Shown here: in pieces, positions 29,382 to 40,518 of the stretch
Numbering within the stretch: the stretch's first letter is position 1
How the letters are laid out: every line of letters starts with the position of its first letter
Assembly: GCA_965218295.1 (NCBI GenBank)
Contig: CBDCKN010000003.1
Location: forward strand, 192,001 to 256,000
Origin: Longimicrobiales bacterium
Lineage (GTDB): Bacteria > Gemmatimonadota > Gemmatimonadetes > Longimicrobiales > Gaopeijiaceae
DNA: 64,000 bases
Reading direction: 5' to 3'
The notes under the pieces: generated by a model
Databases searched by the model: none
What the model was told of the DNA's origin: nothing
What the model saw: the letters and a program-made list of their open reading frames with translations, nothing else
Position numbers and translations under genes: made by a program

Positions 29382-30506
29382 TCAGAACATCCGAAGAGTC
29401 TCGGCGAACCGGCCCAACTCTTCGGGCATGGCCGAGAGCGAGAGTCGGTTGTACGAGAGCATCGGCGGGAACGGTCGTCCTACCAGAATCCCGTGGTCCT
29501 TCATGCGACGGATGTAGAGGGTCTGGTCGCCGCGGATCTCGTGGAACAAAAAAGCCGTGTGGCTCTGAAAGTAATGAAGCCCGAGCTCGTCAAGGCACGT
29601 GGTCACCACTTCTTCGCACTGCTCCCACGTTCTCAGGCTCTTCTCCTGCCAACCTCGCTCCTCGAGGGCGGCAAGAGCACCGGCCATGGCCAGAGTATTG
29701 GGATTGAAGTGGGTGGCATAGAGATTCAGTCGGCGGGCGGTCTCGGCCTCGCAGAGGCCGTAGCCGATGCGGAGCCCGGCCATCCCGTAGAGCTTGGAGA
29801 AGGTCCGGGTGACCAGCACGTTCGACCGCTCCCCAGCCCACTTCTCCGCGGACCAGTACGTCGCGTCGTCGACGAAAGGGAAATAAGCTTCGTCAACAAT
29901 GAAAAAGACATTGTCGGAAGCCGATGAGATCCAGTCGTCCACTTCGGCGCTGGGGGTGAGCGTTCCGGTCGGATTGTTGGGATCGCAGATGTAAACCACA
30001 GTGGGTTCTCGCCACCCCTCGGCCTGACGTCTCATGCGTTCGACATCGTGGGCGAACTCACTCGTGAGAGGCACCTGCTCGATCCGGTAGGGAAGGGGCT
30101 CTCCGTACTGGATGGCATCCTCGTAGGTCGGATACGCCTGAAGGATGCGACTCTGGGGAGAGGCGTGAGCCTGGATAGCCGTCCGAATGACTTCCGTGGA
30201 ACCGGACCCGAGAACCACCTGGTCCGCGGGCACGTCATGGAGCTCGGCGAGTCGAGCTATGAGCGTCTCTCGCCGGGGGCCGGGGTAGTGCGGCACATCC
30301 GCCATCGCTTCGAGAATCGCCGCGCGCGCTCTCGGTGGTGCGCCCAGCGGGTTGGCGTTGTGATTCAGCCGCAGCGTGGTGTGCTGAACCGGCAGAGCCA
30401 TCGAAAACGGTCCTCGCCTATCGATGCCGGCAAAGGCGGCGCTCGGGAATGCCGCTAGCCCCACCGAGGCTTTGGTCCCATTGGCAATGAATATCCGGCG
30501 GTCCAT
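29382..30506 (-). CDS. HisC-like class I/II PLP aminotransferase with Tat-like leader
   Basis: MDRRIFI leader; NANPLG, DPNNPTG, DEAY, RTFSKLYGMAGLRIGY. Confidence 0.88.
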   Translation of the reverse strand: MDRRIFIANGTKASVGLAAFPSAAFAGIDRRGPFSMALPVQHTTLRLNHNANPLGAPPRARAAILEAMADVPHYPGPRRETLIARLAELHDVPADQVVLGSGSTEVIRTAIQAHASPQSRILQAYPTYEDAIQYGEPLPYRIEQVPLTSEFAHDVERMRRQAEGWREPTVVYICDPNNPTGTLTPSAEVDDWISSASDNVFFIVDEAYFPFVDDATYWSAEKWAGERSNVLVTRTFSKLYGMAGLRIGYGLCEAETARRLNLYATHFNPNTLAMAGALAALEERGWQEKSLRTWEQCEEVVTTCLDELGLHYFQSHTAFLFHEIRGDQTLYIRRMKDHGILVGRPFPPMLSYNRLSLSAMPEELGRFAETLRMF

Positions 30507-30728
30507 TCTCACCTCCTGGGGTAACGGCTAAGGCGCTGCCGCGAGAATGTGAGTGGCTGGGGATCCCTCGTAGCCGACACGTGGCCGGGGTGCCCCAGGG
30601 AGCCCATAGATCCCCAGCCATTCTAGAGGACATTGGGTTTCGTGGCGAGTCAGCGGCGCCAAACGGACCCCGGCCAGTCTCGTGAAACCAGCCGACGTGG
30701 GTGGGGTGCCTCGGCCTTACCTCCATCC

Positions 30729-32231
30729 TTACTTTCGGGGCCGTACGGCCCGTACGTTGCTCGGGCCCTGGGCGTGCTGCCGCTTCCACGCATCGGGGTG
30801 GAAGAGCAACAACACCGTATAGATCTCCAGGCGCCCCACCAGCATGAGGAAGGTGATCACGACCAGCCCCGGGTCGGTGATCCACCCGTAGTTGTCCGTC
30901 GCGCCCACGGCCCCGAGTCCGGGGCCGATGTTTCCGACCGATGCGGCACTGGCGCCTACCGCGGTGAGGATATCCATGCCGAAGAAGGTCAGAAGCATGC
31001 CGCCTAAGAGCACCAGGATCACGTAGAGGCTCACGAACCCGAGGATGTTCAGCAGGACGTCCTCTCGTACAGCGCGTTTCCCGATGCGGGCCATCAGGAT
31101 CGCCCTCGGGTGCAAATGCTTTCGGATCTCATTGGCCGTGTGCCTGAGTAGCACGAGCACCCGGACCGCCTTGATCCCACCACCCGTCGACCCGGCCATG
31201 CCGCCCACGAACATGAGCGTGACCAGCAGCCCCTGAGCCACCGGGGCCCACATCTCGAAGTCGGCGGAGACGAAGCCGGTCGTGGTCGTTATCGCCACCG
31301 ATTGGAACATGCCGTGACGGAAAGCGCGCTCTACCCCGCCCATGGTGAGCTCGTAGGTACCGGCCATCAGGTTGCTGACCATGAGGAAGAGGCCGGCCCC
31401 CACGATCACCATGGTGAAGAACCGCCACTCCTGATCCCTGAAGTACTCGAGGCGTCCTGCGGCGGCCCGGAAGTGAAGCGCGAAGTTCACCCCGGCGACA
31501 TACATGAAGATGATCGTGACGTAGTGGATGTACGCCGAATCGAAACCGGCGATCGAGGCGCTCTTGGTCGAGAAGCCCCCGGTCGCGAGGGTCGCGAACG
31601 CGTGGTTCACGGCGTCGAACAGTGACATCCCGCCGAGCAGATACAGCACGATCTGCACGCCCGTGAGCCCCACGTACACACCCCAGAGCAGCTTTGCGGT
31701 TTGCGTGATGCGTGGTCGTAGACGCTCGGGGGTGGGTCCGGGCACCTCGGCCCGAAAGAGCTGCATACCACCCACGCCTATATACGGCAGTATCGCGATG
31801 GCCAGCACGATGATCCCCATGCCGCCCAGCCAGTGCGTGACCGAGCGCCACAAGAGGATACCCTCCGGAAGCGCCTCCACTTCGGCGAACACGGTGGCAC
31901 CGGTCGTCGTGAAACCGGACATCGCTTCGAAGATCGCGGGCACGATGCCGTCAACGGTGCCGGAGATCAGGTAGGGCAGAGCGCCGGACACCGCCATCGC
32001 AGTCCACGCGAAGGTGACGATCGCGTAGCCCTCACGGGCCGTGAGATCGCCCTCGAACTTCGTAAACCTGTAGGCGATGGAGCCGATCAGGAGCGTGATG
32101 CCTGCCGAGGCGAAGAGCGCGAAGGCGGCTCCGTCCTCGTAGAACAAGGCACCCAGCCCGGTGACCACCATCGATATCGAAACGAAGACGAGGAGTAGAC
32201 CGACGACGTTGACGAGGTGCCTGATGGACAT
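30729..32231 (-). CDS. trkH: Trk potassium uptake membrane protein TrkH
   Basis: [46 protein letters not shown]. Confidence 0.95.
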   Translation of the reverse strand: MSIRHLVNVVGLLLVFVSISMVVTGLGALFYEDGAAFALFASAGITLLIGSIAYRFTKFEGDLTAREGYAIVTFAWTAMAVSGALPYLISGTVDGIVPAIFEAMSGFTTTGATVFAEVEALPEGILLWRSVTHWLGGMGIIVLAIAILPYIGVGGMQLFRAEVPGPTPERLRPRITQTAKLLWGVYVGLTGVQIVLYLLGGMSLFDAVNHAFATLATGGFSTKSASIAGFDSAYIHYVTIIFMYVAGVNFALHFRAAAGRLEYFRDQEWRFFTMVIVGAGLFLMVSNLMAGTYELTMGGVERAFRHGMFQSVAITTTTGFVSADFEMWAPVAQGLLVTLMFVGGMAGSTGGGIKAVRVLVLLRHTANEIRKHLHPRAILMARIGKRAVREDVLLNILGFVSLYVILVLLGGMLLTFFGMDILTAVGASAASVGNIGPGLGAVGATDNYGWITDPGLVVITFLMLVGRLEIYTVLLLFHPDAWKRQHAQGPSNVRAVRPRK

Positions 32232-33577
32232 CAGGCAAACAGCTTGTCGATGTCCCGAATGCAGGTCGGCAGCGCGAGCACGATCGCGATGTCGCCAGCA
32301 CGGAATTCGGTGTCTCCCTGGGGCACGATCACCTCGTCGCCACGGACCAGCATGCCGACGATACTGCCATGCGGAAAGTGGACGTCACGCAACTGTGTAC
32401 CGGCGATCTTCGATCCCGCCGCTACAGTGAACTCGATCGCTTCGGCGTCGATGCCTTTCAACGTCGCGACGCTGGTGATGCGCTCCCCGCGCACGTCGCG
32501 AAGGATCGCATTAACGGTGGATAGACGCGGTGACACCGATGCGTCGATGTCCAGGCGCGGAATCAGCTGCAGGTAGGAAAAGTCGTCGATGAGCGTCACC
32601 ACCTTGCGGGCGCCAACGGTCTTGGCGAGCAGGCTGGTCAGCAGATTCGTCTCATCGTTGCCCGTGCTCGCAACGAAGGCATCCATGCCCGCCACACCCT
32701 CCATCTCCAGGAGCTCCAGGTCGGTGGCGTCGCCGTTCAGAACGAGCGCCTTGGGCAGTGCCTCGGCGAGCTCGAGACAACGCTTGCGGTCGCGTTCGAT
32801 GATCGTCGCCTCGACGCCGTTCTGCGCGAGCGACTCCGCGATGTGAAGGCCCTCCTGACTGCCTCCGGCGATCATCACTCGCTGGAGCTTGAACGGCTCA
32901 TAGCCGGCCAGCCTAGGGATGTCCTCGAGCTCCCCCTCGGGGGAGAGCAGGTAGATGTGGTCTCCCACCTCGATCGTATCATCGGCGCCCGGGATGATAG
33001 TCTGGTTGCCCCGCTGAATCGCGGCAGTGACGTAGTGATGGTCAGCGAGCTCGGCGCCGAGCTGCTTCAACGACTTGCCCGCGACCTTCGCACCCTCTCT
33101 GACCTTGAGACCGATCAAGCGCACGCGTCCGCCCGCAAAGGAGGCGACGTCGGTCGCGACCTCGCTGCTGATCAGCTCGACTGTCTCCCGGGCGCACTCG
33201 CGCTCGGGGTTGATCATGAGGTCGATGCCGAGCGCGTCGCCGGAGAGCACACTGCTGCGTTGATAGTACTCCGGGCTCGAGATACGTGCGGCGATGTACT
33301 CGACGCCGAGCCGCCGCGCGGCGAGGCTCGCGATGAGGTTCACCTCGTCGACGCTCGTAACAGCGAGGAGCATCTTGGCCTTGCCTATCCCCGCCTCTTC
33401 GAGAACGGACAGGGACGCCCCGTTGCCGACGACCGTCATGATATCGAGCCGATTCCCGACGTCCTCGGCGCGTTCGGCACTGGAGTCGATCAGCACGACG
33501 TCCTGAGTCTCTTCCGACAGGCGTTCGGCGAGGTGGAAACCGACCTCACCGCCGCCCACTACGATCACCAAACGCAT
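32231..33577 (-). CDS. trkA: Trk potassium uptake regulatory protein TrkA
   Basis: VGGGEVG Rossmann motif, DEVNL, INPE, second RCK domain (GDAT, DETNLL). Confidence 0.95.
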   Translation of the reverse strand: MRLVIVVGGGEVGFHLAERLSEETQDVVLIDSSAERAEDVGNRLDIMTVVGNGASLSVLEEAGIGKAKMLLAVTSVDEVNLIASLAARRLGVEYIAARISSPEYYQRSSVLSGDALGIDLMINPERECARETVELISSEVATDVASFAGGRVRLIGLKVREGAKVAGKSLKQLGAELADHHYVTAAIQRGNQTIIPGADDTIEVGDHIYLLSPEGELEDIPRLAGYEPFKLQRVMIAGGSQEGLHIAESLAQNGVEATIIERDRKRCLELAEALPKALVLNGDATDLELLEMEGVAGMDAFVASTGNDETNLLTSLLAKTVGARKVVTLIDDFSYLQLIPRLDIDASVSPRLSTVNAILRDVRGERITSVATLKGIDAEAIEFTVAAGSKIAGTQLRDVHFPHGSIVGMLVRGDEVIVPQGDTEFRAGDIAIVLALPTCIRDIDKLFA

Positions 33578-34015
33578 GGGTTCTCCGTATTCGCGAGCCT
33601 GTTCAGAGCGATCGGAAGCTACGAACGCCGAAGGTGGGGGGGCCAGAGGTGGGGGGCCCATCCTCGGAACGGAGAGGGGGCCAATCGGCTGTCAGAACCC
33701 ACCCACCCCCCATCCGTCGAACGGTTGGATGGGCTCAATCGAACACAGATGAGAGGACGACGGATGAGGCGGTGTGGTGTGTGGGGGTGGAGGGTGACCC
33801 CCTCGGGCTCCTGACCGAGGTGCTGCGCTTCCTGGATGGAGCCGACCTCGGGACGGCCGAGCTGAAGATGGATCCGATTTTGGGCTGCCTTCGGGTTCAA
33901 GGAGGCTGCCGCTAGTTGAGCGTCACCCTGTCGTACTGGTCATAGACCTCGTTCGCCAAGAGAGTTGTGTAGGCACCGCCGTGCGCTCCTGCAACGCGCA
34001 GAAGACGTCTGCCGG

Positions 34016-35006
34016 TCACCCACCCTCCGGACCGTCGCCGGTGATGGTCAGCAGGAGCGCCGTGTCCTCGAGGGCCCGGATGTCCTGGGCGTGGCCCGGT
34101 CCGAAGAAGAGGACGTCCCCCTGGCCGATCTCGAACTCCTCGTCGCCCACACGGTAGTGGAGGCGCCCCTGGAGAGCCTGAAGGGTCAGGGGCGAGGCGG
34201 CGTGATGGGTGCCCACCTCGACGCCCTCGGCGATCAGCGTGAGGGTGAGCCTGAGCGGCCCCGCCTTGACCAGGGTCCGGCCGACCCGGCCGCTCCGGAC
34301 GTAGCGCTCGTCCCGGCGGAGCTCGGCGATCTGCTCGTCCAGGTCGAAGGTGAGGTTCTGAAGCTGTCCCAACCGTAGTTGAAGGTTCCTGATAGGGGAG
34401 AAAGAAAAGTGGTGGCTCCGGGGGTCCCGGGCCGATAGGCTCGGGTAGGCAAAAACCCCAACACGGAGCCACCACGGTGCTGGGTCATCTGCCGAAGGAT
34501 CAGCATCCTCAGGTGAAGGCGGCGTTCCGGGCGGCGATGAAGCTGGACGCGAAGCAGGGCGAGCAGAAGCTCGAGCAGCTCGCCCGATGGCTCGAGCGCG
34601 ACCACCCCTCGGCCTCGGCCAGCCTACGCGAAGGCCTCAGCGAGATGTTCACGATCAACCGGCTCGGCCTCCCGCCGCGGCTGAGGAAGTGCCTGGGCTC
34701 GACCAACCTGATCGACAGCACCCACTCGGGTGTAAGACAGAAGACCCGCAGGGTGACCAACTGGAAGAACGGAGCGATGGCCTTGCGCTGGGCTGCGGCC
34801 TCGTTCGTGGAGACCGAGAAGAGCTACCGGAGGATCATCGGCTACGACCAGCTCTGGATGCTCAGGGCCCACCTCGACGACCATGAACCGGTTGCCGAAA
34901 TGAGAAAGGCAGGCTGACAAGGAGACTCTCCGGAGCCACCACCTTCAACTGTCAGCGGGACACCATCGAGGTTCTCTCCGGTGAGAGCACGGGTGATGGA
35001 CGACAG
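34016..35006 (-). pseudogene. Cupin-domain gene (~124 aa) interrupted by an IS256 derivative
   Basis: LSSITRALTGENL (34968-35006) joins TFDLDEQIAEL...GRTLVKAG...HHA in frame after removing the element and one TSD copy. Confidence 0.8.
34360..34967 (+). mobile_element. Internally deleted IS256-family element (608 bp)
   Basis: IRs GAAGCTGTCCC..AGTTGAAGGT and GATGGTGTCCC..AGTTGAAGGT; 8-bp TSD GAGGTTCT (34352-34359, 34968-34975). Only the C-terminal transposase part remains (34477-34917, STNLIDS..RRVTNW). Confidence 0.88.
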
Positions 35007-35387
35007 CGAGACCTCCGGGCCGGAGAAGCGATGAGGCAGTAGTGTGAACGATAGCCTGTCGGCTCGCTGGGCGTCAAAACTCGGCCGAGCGGGGCAGCTC
35101 TGTTCCTCGAAGTGGGCCTGGGAAGACTTGAACCCGTACTTGCCTTCAGGGGATGCCGGAATCTGCCGGGATAAAAAGGCACAATAACGGGCCCAATGGG
35201 CACACGAACGGACACAGACCGGGCTCTTCGGGTACGTCGTGCTTGCGCACCCCCTAGGGCGTGTAGGATCTTGACCTCCGTCTGATCCGCGGGTGTCGAC
35301 CATCGAGTCGGTTGCGGAGAAGCGGGGTCGTTCGGGGCCCCTCGTGTTCGTGGCCGTGGGCCATCGGATCTCCAGCAGGGAATAGCG

Positions 35388-37748
35388 ATGAGTCGCCGCA
35401 GATCCCAAGTGGGCTTGATCACCGTCGTGGCCCTGTTCACGGCAGTCGCGATACCCACACGCGCCCAAGTGCTGGCTGCGCAGTCGCCGGGTTCCACGGG
35501 GACCGACGGAGTCCGGGTCGATGGCCCCCCCCCGCCCACGGCGCCCGAAGTCATCAGCCGCGACGATCGAGGCAACGCCACGGTCCGGGCGGTCCGGTTG
35601 ACTGAGCCGATCCAACTCGACGGCGAACTGGACGAGCCCCTCTACCGGACGACCCCCTCCATATCAGGCTTCATCCAGAGCGTGCCGAATGAGGGAGGGG
35701 CGACGACCGAGCGGACGGAGGCTTGGATCGCGTTCGACGACAACAACGTCTATGTATCCGGGCGCGTGTGGGAGTCCGCGCCCGAGAGCGAGTGGGTGGC
35801 GAACGAAATGCGGCGCGACGGCAATCAGCTCCGTCTGAACGACAGCTTCGGCGTCATGTTCGATACGTATTACGATCGTCGCAACGGGGTAGGGTTCTAC
35901 ACGAATCCCCTCGGCGCACGCGCCGAGTTCGCGATGACGAACGAGGGCAACCCGAACCCGGACTGGAACCCCGTCTGGGACGTGCGAACCGGTCGCTTCG
36001 ACGGTGGTTGGACGGTTGAGATGCGGATCCCCTTCAAGTCCCTCCGGTACCGACCCGGCTCCGAGCAAGTCTGGGGCCTCCAGATGAGGCGCGGCATCCG
36101 TCGGAGGAACGAGTGGAGTTATCTCACGTTGGTCCCCATAGCGATGGCCGGAACAAGGGGCAGGGGGGCGTTGCGGATCTCGCGGTTCGGGACGCTGGTC
36201 GGGCTGGAGGCACCGCCGGCGAGCAGGGTGGTCGACGTCAAGCCGTACGGCATTTCGGGCCTCGAGACCGACCTGACCACCGATCCCCAAGTCCGCAATC
36301 ACCTCGACGCCGACGCGGGGTTGGACCTCAAGATCGGGATCACCGACAACCTGACGGCCGATCTCACGTACAACACCGACTTCGCCCAGGTCGAGGTGGA
36401 CGAACAGCAGGTGAACCTCACGCGGTTCAGCCTTTTCTTCCCCGAAAAGAGGGAGTTCTTTCTGGAAGGGCGAGGCATCTTCGTTTTCGGGACCGGCGGC
36501 GTGGGCGGCGGGGGCCGGGGCAGGGGCCGGGGCAGGGGGGGCTTCGGCGGCGGCGGCGTGAGCGTGCCCACGCTGTTCTTCAGCCGGCGCATCGGCCTCC
36601 AGAGCGGAGAGCCGGTGCCGATCCTCGGCGGTGGTCGAGTGACCGGGAAGGTCGGATCCTTCGATGTCGGCGTCCTGAGCGTCCAGACCGACGACCTCCA
36701 GAGCGCAGGCGCCGAGTCGACGAGCTTCACCGTGCTACGGCTCCGTCGGGACATCTTCCGGCGGAGCAGCATCGGAGTCCTGTTCGAGAACCGATCGAAG
36801 TCCACTGTCGCGCCGGGATCCAACCAGGCATACGGAGTGGACGCGACGTTCTCGTTCTTCGACAACCTGAACTTCCTCAGCTACTACGCCAAAACGGAGA
36901 CCGAGGGGCTCACGGGTACGGACGAGAGCTACCGGGGCCGGTTCAGCTACGACGGAGATCTATGGGGGCTTCAGGTCGATCATCTCCTGGTGGGGGAGGA
37001 CTTCAACCCGGAGCTCGGGTTCGTGCAGCGGAACGGATTCCGACAGACTTTCCTCTCGGGCAAGTACAGCCCGCGGCCGGCGTCCATCGAGTCGATCCGG
37101 CAGGTGACGCTCGAGGCGCGGCTCAACTACCTGGAGAACGCCGAAGCGGGGTTCGTCGAGACCCGGGAGCGACAGGGGAATTTCCAGATCGAGCTCGACA
37201 ACGGCGACTCGTTCAGCGCGGACTTGACCGACACCTACGAGAACCTGGTCGACCCGTTCCCCATCGCCCCCGACGTGACAATCCCGGTCGGCCGATACAC
37301 CTTCCGCGACGTGCAGCTGAGGTACAGCTTCGGTCCCCAGCGCCCGTACTCGGGGAATCTGTCGGTGCAGAGGGGCAGCTTCTTCGGTGGCGACCGTACA
37401 TCCGTGGGGTTTCAGCGGGCCAGGATCGAGGTGCTGCCCCAATTCTCCATCGAACCGAGCGTCTCGTTCAACTGGGTCGATCTGCCCCAGGGCGACTTCA
37501 CCCAGCACGTGGCCTCGACGCGCGTCAGCTACAGCTTCTCGCCCCGCATGTTCCTGAGCGGACTGGTCCAGTACAGTACCAATAGCGATACCTTCAGCAC
37601 GAATCTTCGACTGCGCTGGGAGTATGCCCCCGGAAGCGAGATCTTCATCGTGTACACGGAAGAGCGCGATACGGACGTGTTCGACCGGTTCTCCGAGCTG
37701 TCGAACCGGGGCCTCGTGATCAAGGTGAACCGGCTTTTCCGACTCTGA
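35388..37748 (+). CDS. CBM9-like/DUF5916 outer-membrane beta-barrel protein
   Basis: LDGELDE, FDTYYDRRNG, GWTVEMRIPFKSLRY, NTDFAQVEVD, FFPEKREFFLEG; Gly/Arg-rich insert. Confidence 0.88.
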   Translation: MSRRRSQVGLITVVALFTAVAIPTRAQVLAAQSPGSTGTDGVRVDGPPPPTAPEVISRDDRGNATVRAVRLTEPIQLDGELDEPLYRTTPSISGFIQSVPNEGGATTERTEAWIAFDDNNVYVSGRVWESAPESEWVANEMRRDGNQLRLNDSFGVMFDTYYDRRNGVGFYTNPLGARAEFAMTNEGNPNPDWNPVWDVRTGRFDGGWTVEMRIPFKSLRYRPGSEQVWGLQMRRGIRRRNEWSYLTLVPIAMAGTRGRGALRISRFGTLVGLEAPPASRVVDVKPYGISGLETDLTTDPQVRNHLDADAGLDLKIGITDNLTADLTYNTDFAQVEVDEQQVNLTRFSLFFPEKREFFLEGRGIFVFGTGGVGGGGRGRGRGRGGFGGGGVSVPTLFFSRRIGLQSGEPVPILGGGRVTGKVGSFDVGVLSVQTDDLQSAGAESTSFTVLRLRRDIFRRSSIGVLFENRSKSTVAPGSNQAYGVDATFSFFDNLNFLSYYAKTETEGLTGTDESYRGRFSYDGDLWGLQVDHLLVGEDFNPELGFVQRNGFRQTFLSGKYSPRPASIESIRQVTLEARLNYLENAEAGFVETRERQGNFQIELDNGDSFSADLTDTYENLVDPFPIAPDVTIPVGRYTFRDVQLRYSFGPQRPYSGNLSVQRGSFFGGDRTSVGFQRARIEVLPQFSIEPSVSFNWVDLPQGDFTQHVASTRVSYSFSPRMFLSGLVQYSTNSDTFSTNLRLRWEYAPGSEIFIVYTEERDTDVFDRFSELSNRGLVIKVNRLFRL

Positions 37749-37774
37749 CGAAGTGAGCGCCGGGTCCTGGTGTC

Positions 37775-37800
37775 TGAATGGACACAGTGAATGGACACAG
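37775..37800. repeat. Perfect 13-bp direct repeat at the left edge of the accessory island
   Basis: TGAATGGACACAG x2. Confidence 0.8.
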
Positions 37801-38247
37801 TTGGTCAGGCGCCTGAGTAGGGGTCGGAATCACGGCAGGATGCCGGAAAACTCAGACGGATCACGCGATTTGCCGCTTTCGTGATTCTCCGATGTCGTGA
37901 TCTACCGGTTTCGAGAACCGGCCATGGATCGCCGACCCCTAGATCGACGAAGTTGGACCGACTAGATGCCCCCCCCCGGCGACCCCCTGAACCCCATTCG
38001 TCCACAGGATGGGCCGAATCCCGGCAAGAATCATGATGGCTCTGATAAGTTACTGTGGTACCACGATATACATATGCTATCTCTTTGGTTGTCCCCTTTT
38101 CATACCCATTTTTAGGAACTGGATTCCAAACGACCCTAGCGGACCTTGGCGATCGTAACTGTTCGGCCAAGCCGTGGGGAGCGTCGTGTTGTCGGATCGT
38201 GTGGTGGGGTCTGGTAACGTGATCCGGAATGTAGTATCGTCGAGGGC

Positions 38248-40518
38248 ATGGCGATGCGGGACGGCAACGGACATGCGAACGTGGCGCTGGCCGAGGGGCT
38301 GGAGGAGCTTTGGCCGGTGCCCGGTTCCGTGGAGTCGGAGCTTGGGGACTGGCGGTCGCTGTACGAGCGGGAGCGCGAGCGAGCGGAGGCGGCGGTGGCC
38401 CGCGCGGAGGAGTTGCGGTGGGCGGAGGTGCGGGCGCGCTGCGAAGCGGGATCGTGGAAGTGGCGGTGGGAGGCGTCGCGCCGGAAGCTGAGGGCGGTGA
38501 TCGCGGAGACGCGGGAGGCCCGCCGCGCGGCGTGGGACGCCCTGGCGTTGCAGCGCGAGGTGGGGCGTCTGCACGGGCTGCTGCGGGAGGCCGGGGTGGA
38601 CGCGGGGAAGCGCGGCACGGAGATGGCGCTTCGGATGGAGGTGGCACGGCTTCGCGAGGAGGGTTGGGCGCTGGAGAAGGCGCTCGATGCCCGCGCGGCC
38701 GAGGTGCAGAACCTTCACAAGGCCCGCATCGAAGCGGACGCGGACATCCTGGCGCTGCGGCGGCAGTTGCGCGAGATGCTCGAGATCCACGGCGAACTGT
38801 CGAAGCTGGGGGACCAGCGGGACCGGGTCGAGTCGCTGTCGGAGGAGGTCGGGGCGCTTCGCTGGGCGCTGAAGGTCTCGGAGGCGTCGAAGGGCCGCCT
38901 GACGGCGCGGCTGCGGCGTGCGGTCGAGGCGGGGCGGGCGCGGTCGCCGTCGGCCGCCGACGCGGAGTTGCGCAAGGCCTTGCGCAGATCGCGGCGCCAG
39001 AGGGCGACGATCGGCTCGCTGACGCGGGAGAAGACCCGGCTCGGCAGGAGGATGCGGGCGTCGCGGCGGCGGATCGAGCGCCTCGAGGGCCAACTGGCGA
39101 AGCTTCGCGCGTCGCGCACGGTGCTGCCGAAGGGGCAGTCCGGCGGCGCGTGCGAGAGGCAGGAGCGACCGCGTTCGGGGCGGCGGCGGGGCCAGCAGCC
39201 CGGCACGCCGGTCCACGGCCGCACCCCGCGCCCGGGGCTTGAGGAACGCACCGAGGAGCACAACCCGCCCGCCGATGCGCGGGTGTGCCGGGGTTGCGGG
39301 AGCCCGTACGCGGCCAACGGCGCCGAGGAGTCGGCCCTCGTCGAGATCGAGGTCCGGGCGCACCGGCGGGTGATCCGCCGCCCGCGCTGGCGGCGGACGT
39401 GCGGGTGCGCGTCGTCGCCCGCCGAAGTGACGGCGCCCCCCGTGCCTCGGCTGTTCGCCCGCACGCCGTACGGGACGAGCGTCTGGTCGCGCTTCCTGTT
39501 CGAGCGCTACGCGTGCCTGCGCCCGCTGCACCGGGTCTGCGGGTGGCTGTCCGACCAGGGTCTGCCGGTCTCGCCGGGCACGCTGGCGGACAGCGTGCAC
39601 CGCTTGGCGCCGTTGTTCGAGCCGGTGGGCGCGGCGATCCTCGCGCACCAGAACGGCTCGGCGCTGCGCCATGCCGACGAGACCAGCTGGCGGGTGCGGG
39701 CGCTGCGCGACAGCGACGGATCGGGGTACGCGTGGCTGTGGATCTCGGTCGGCCGCGGCGCGGCCTACTTCCATGTGGATCCGTCACGCAGCGCCGAGGC
39801 GGCCCGGAAGCTGTTCGACGGGGCGCTGTGCCCGACGGTCCTCGTCTGCGACCGCTACAGCGGCTACAAGAAGCTGGCGCGTCTCCTCGGGGGCAGGGTC
39901 ACGCTGTCGTTCTGCTGGGCGCACATGCGCAGGGACTTCATCCGGTGCGCGGCCGGGCACGTCCATCTGACCGGCTGGTGCCGGGAGTGGCTCGGGCGGA
40001 TCGCCACGGTCTACCGCCTGCACAAGGCGCGGCTGGAGCTCCACGACCCCGGCCTCGAGCGCCAGAGCCCGGCGTTCGACGCGGCGCACGACGCGCTGAG
40101 CGAGGCGCTCGGCGGCATGTTCGCGGCCTCCGAACGCCAACTCGCCCGCCTGTCGCCAAAGGCGAGGGAGGGAGGGCCGCTGCGCTCGCTCCTCAACCAC
40201 CGCGAGGGGCTGAGCGTCTTCCTCGACCGGCCCCGCGTGCCGCTCGACAACAACCTCGCCGAGCGGCTGCTGCGCGGCCCGGCCATCGGGCGGCGCCTGT
40301 CGTTCGGCTCCGACAGCGAGTCCGGCGCCCGGTTCACCGCGCTCATGTACTCGGTGACCGGCACCCTGAGGCTGAACGGCCTCGACGTGCCGCGCTGGCT
40401 CGCCGACTGGTTGGCGGCGTGCGCGCGCGGCGGCGGTCGCCCGCCGGGCGACCTGTCGCCCTGGCTGCCGTGGTCGATGGACGCCGGACGCAGGCGCGAA
40501 ATGACGGCGTCCGCATGA
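38248..40518 (+). CDS. IS66 transposase with long N-terminal coiled coil
   Basis: GQQPG..HGR, CRGC/CGC Zn finger, HADETSW, LVCDRYSGY, CWAHMRRDF, DNNLAERLLR. Confidence 0.93.
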   Translation: MAMRDGNGHANVALAEGLEELWPVPGSVESELGDWRSLYERERERAEAAVARAEELRWAEVRARCEAGSWKWRWEASRRKLRAVIAETREARRAAWDALALQREVGRLHGLLREAGVDAGKRGTEMALRMEVARLREEGWALEKALDARAAEVQNLHKARIEADADILALRRQLREMLEIHGELSKLGDQRDRVESLSEEVGALRWALKVSEASKGRLTARLRRAVEAGRARSPSAADAELRKALRRSRRQRATIGSLTREKTRLGRRMRASRRRIERLEGQLAKLRASRTVLPKGQSGGACERQERPRSGRRRGQQPGTPVHGRTPRPGLEERTEEHNPPADARVCRGCGSPYAANGAEESALVEIEVRAHRRVIRRPRWRRTCGCASSPAEVTAPPVPRLFARTPYGTSVWSRFLFERYACLRPLHRVCGWLSDQGLPVSPGTLADSVHRLAPLFEPVGAAILAHQNGSALRHADETSWRVRALRDSDGSGYAWLWISVGRGAAYFHVDPSRSAEAARKLFDGALCPTVLVCDRYSGYKKLARLLGGRVTLSFCWAHMRRDFIRCAAGHVHLTGWCREWLGRIATVYRLHKARLELHDPGLERQSPAFDAAHDALSEALGGMFAASERQLARLSPKAREGGPLRSLLNHREGLSVFLDRPRVPLDNNLAERLLRGPAIGRRLSFGSDSESGARFTALMYSVTGTLRLNGLDVPRWLADWLAACARGGGRPPGDLSPWLPWSMDAGRRREMTASA

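Noticed and set aside
36494..36557. G-rich tract as a G-quadruplex or separate repeat element
   Set aside because: In-frame Gly/Arg linker (GGGGRGRGRGRGGFGGGG) within the DUF5916-like gene; explained by coding.
38040..38075. dif/Xer site
   Set aside because: AT-rich with a partial GATAA arm but no TTATGTTAA-like second arm at the right spacing.
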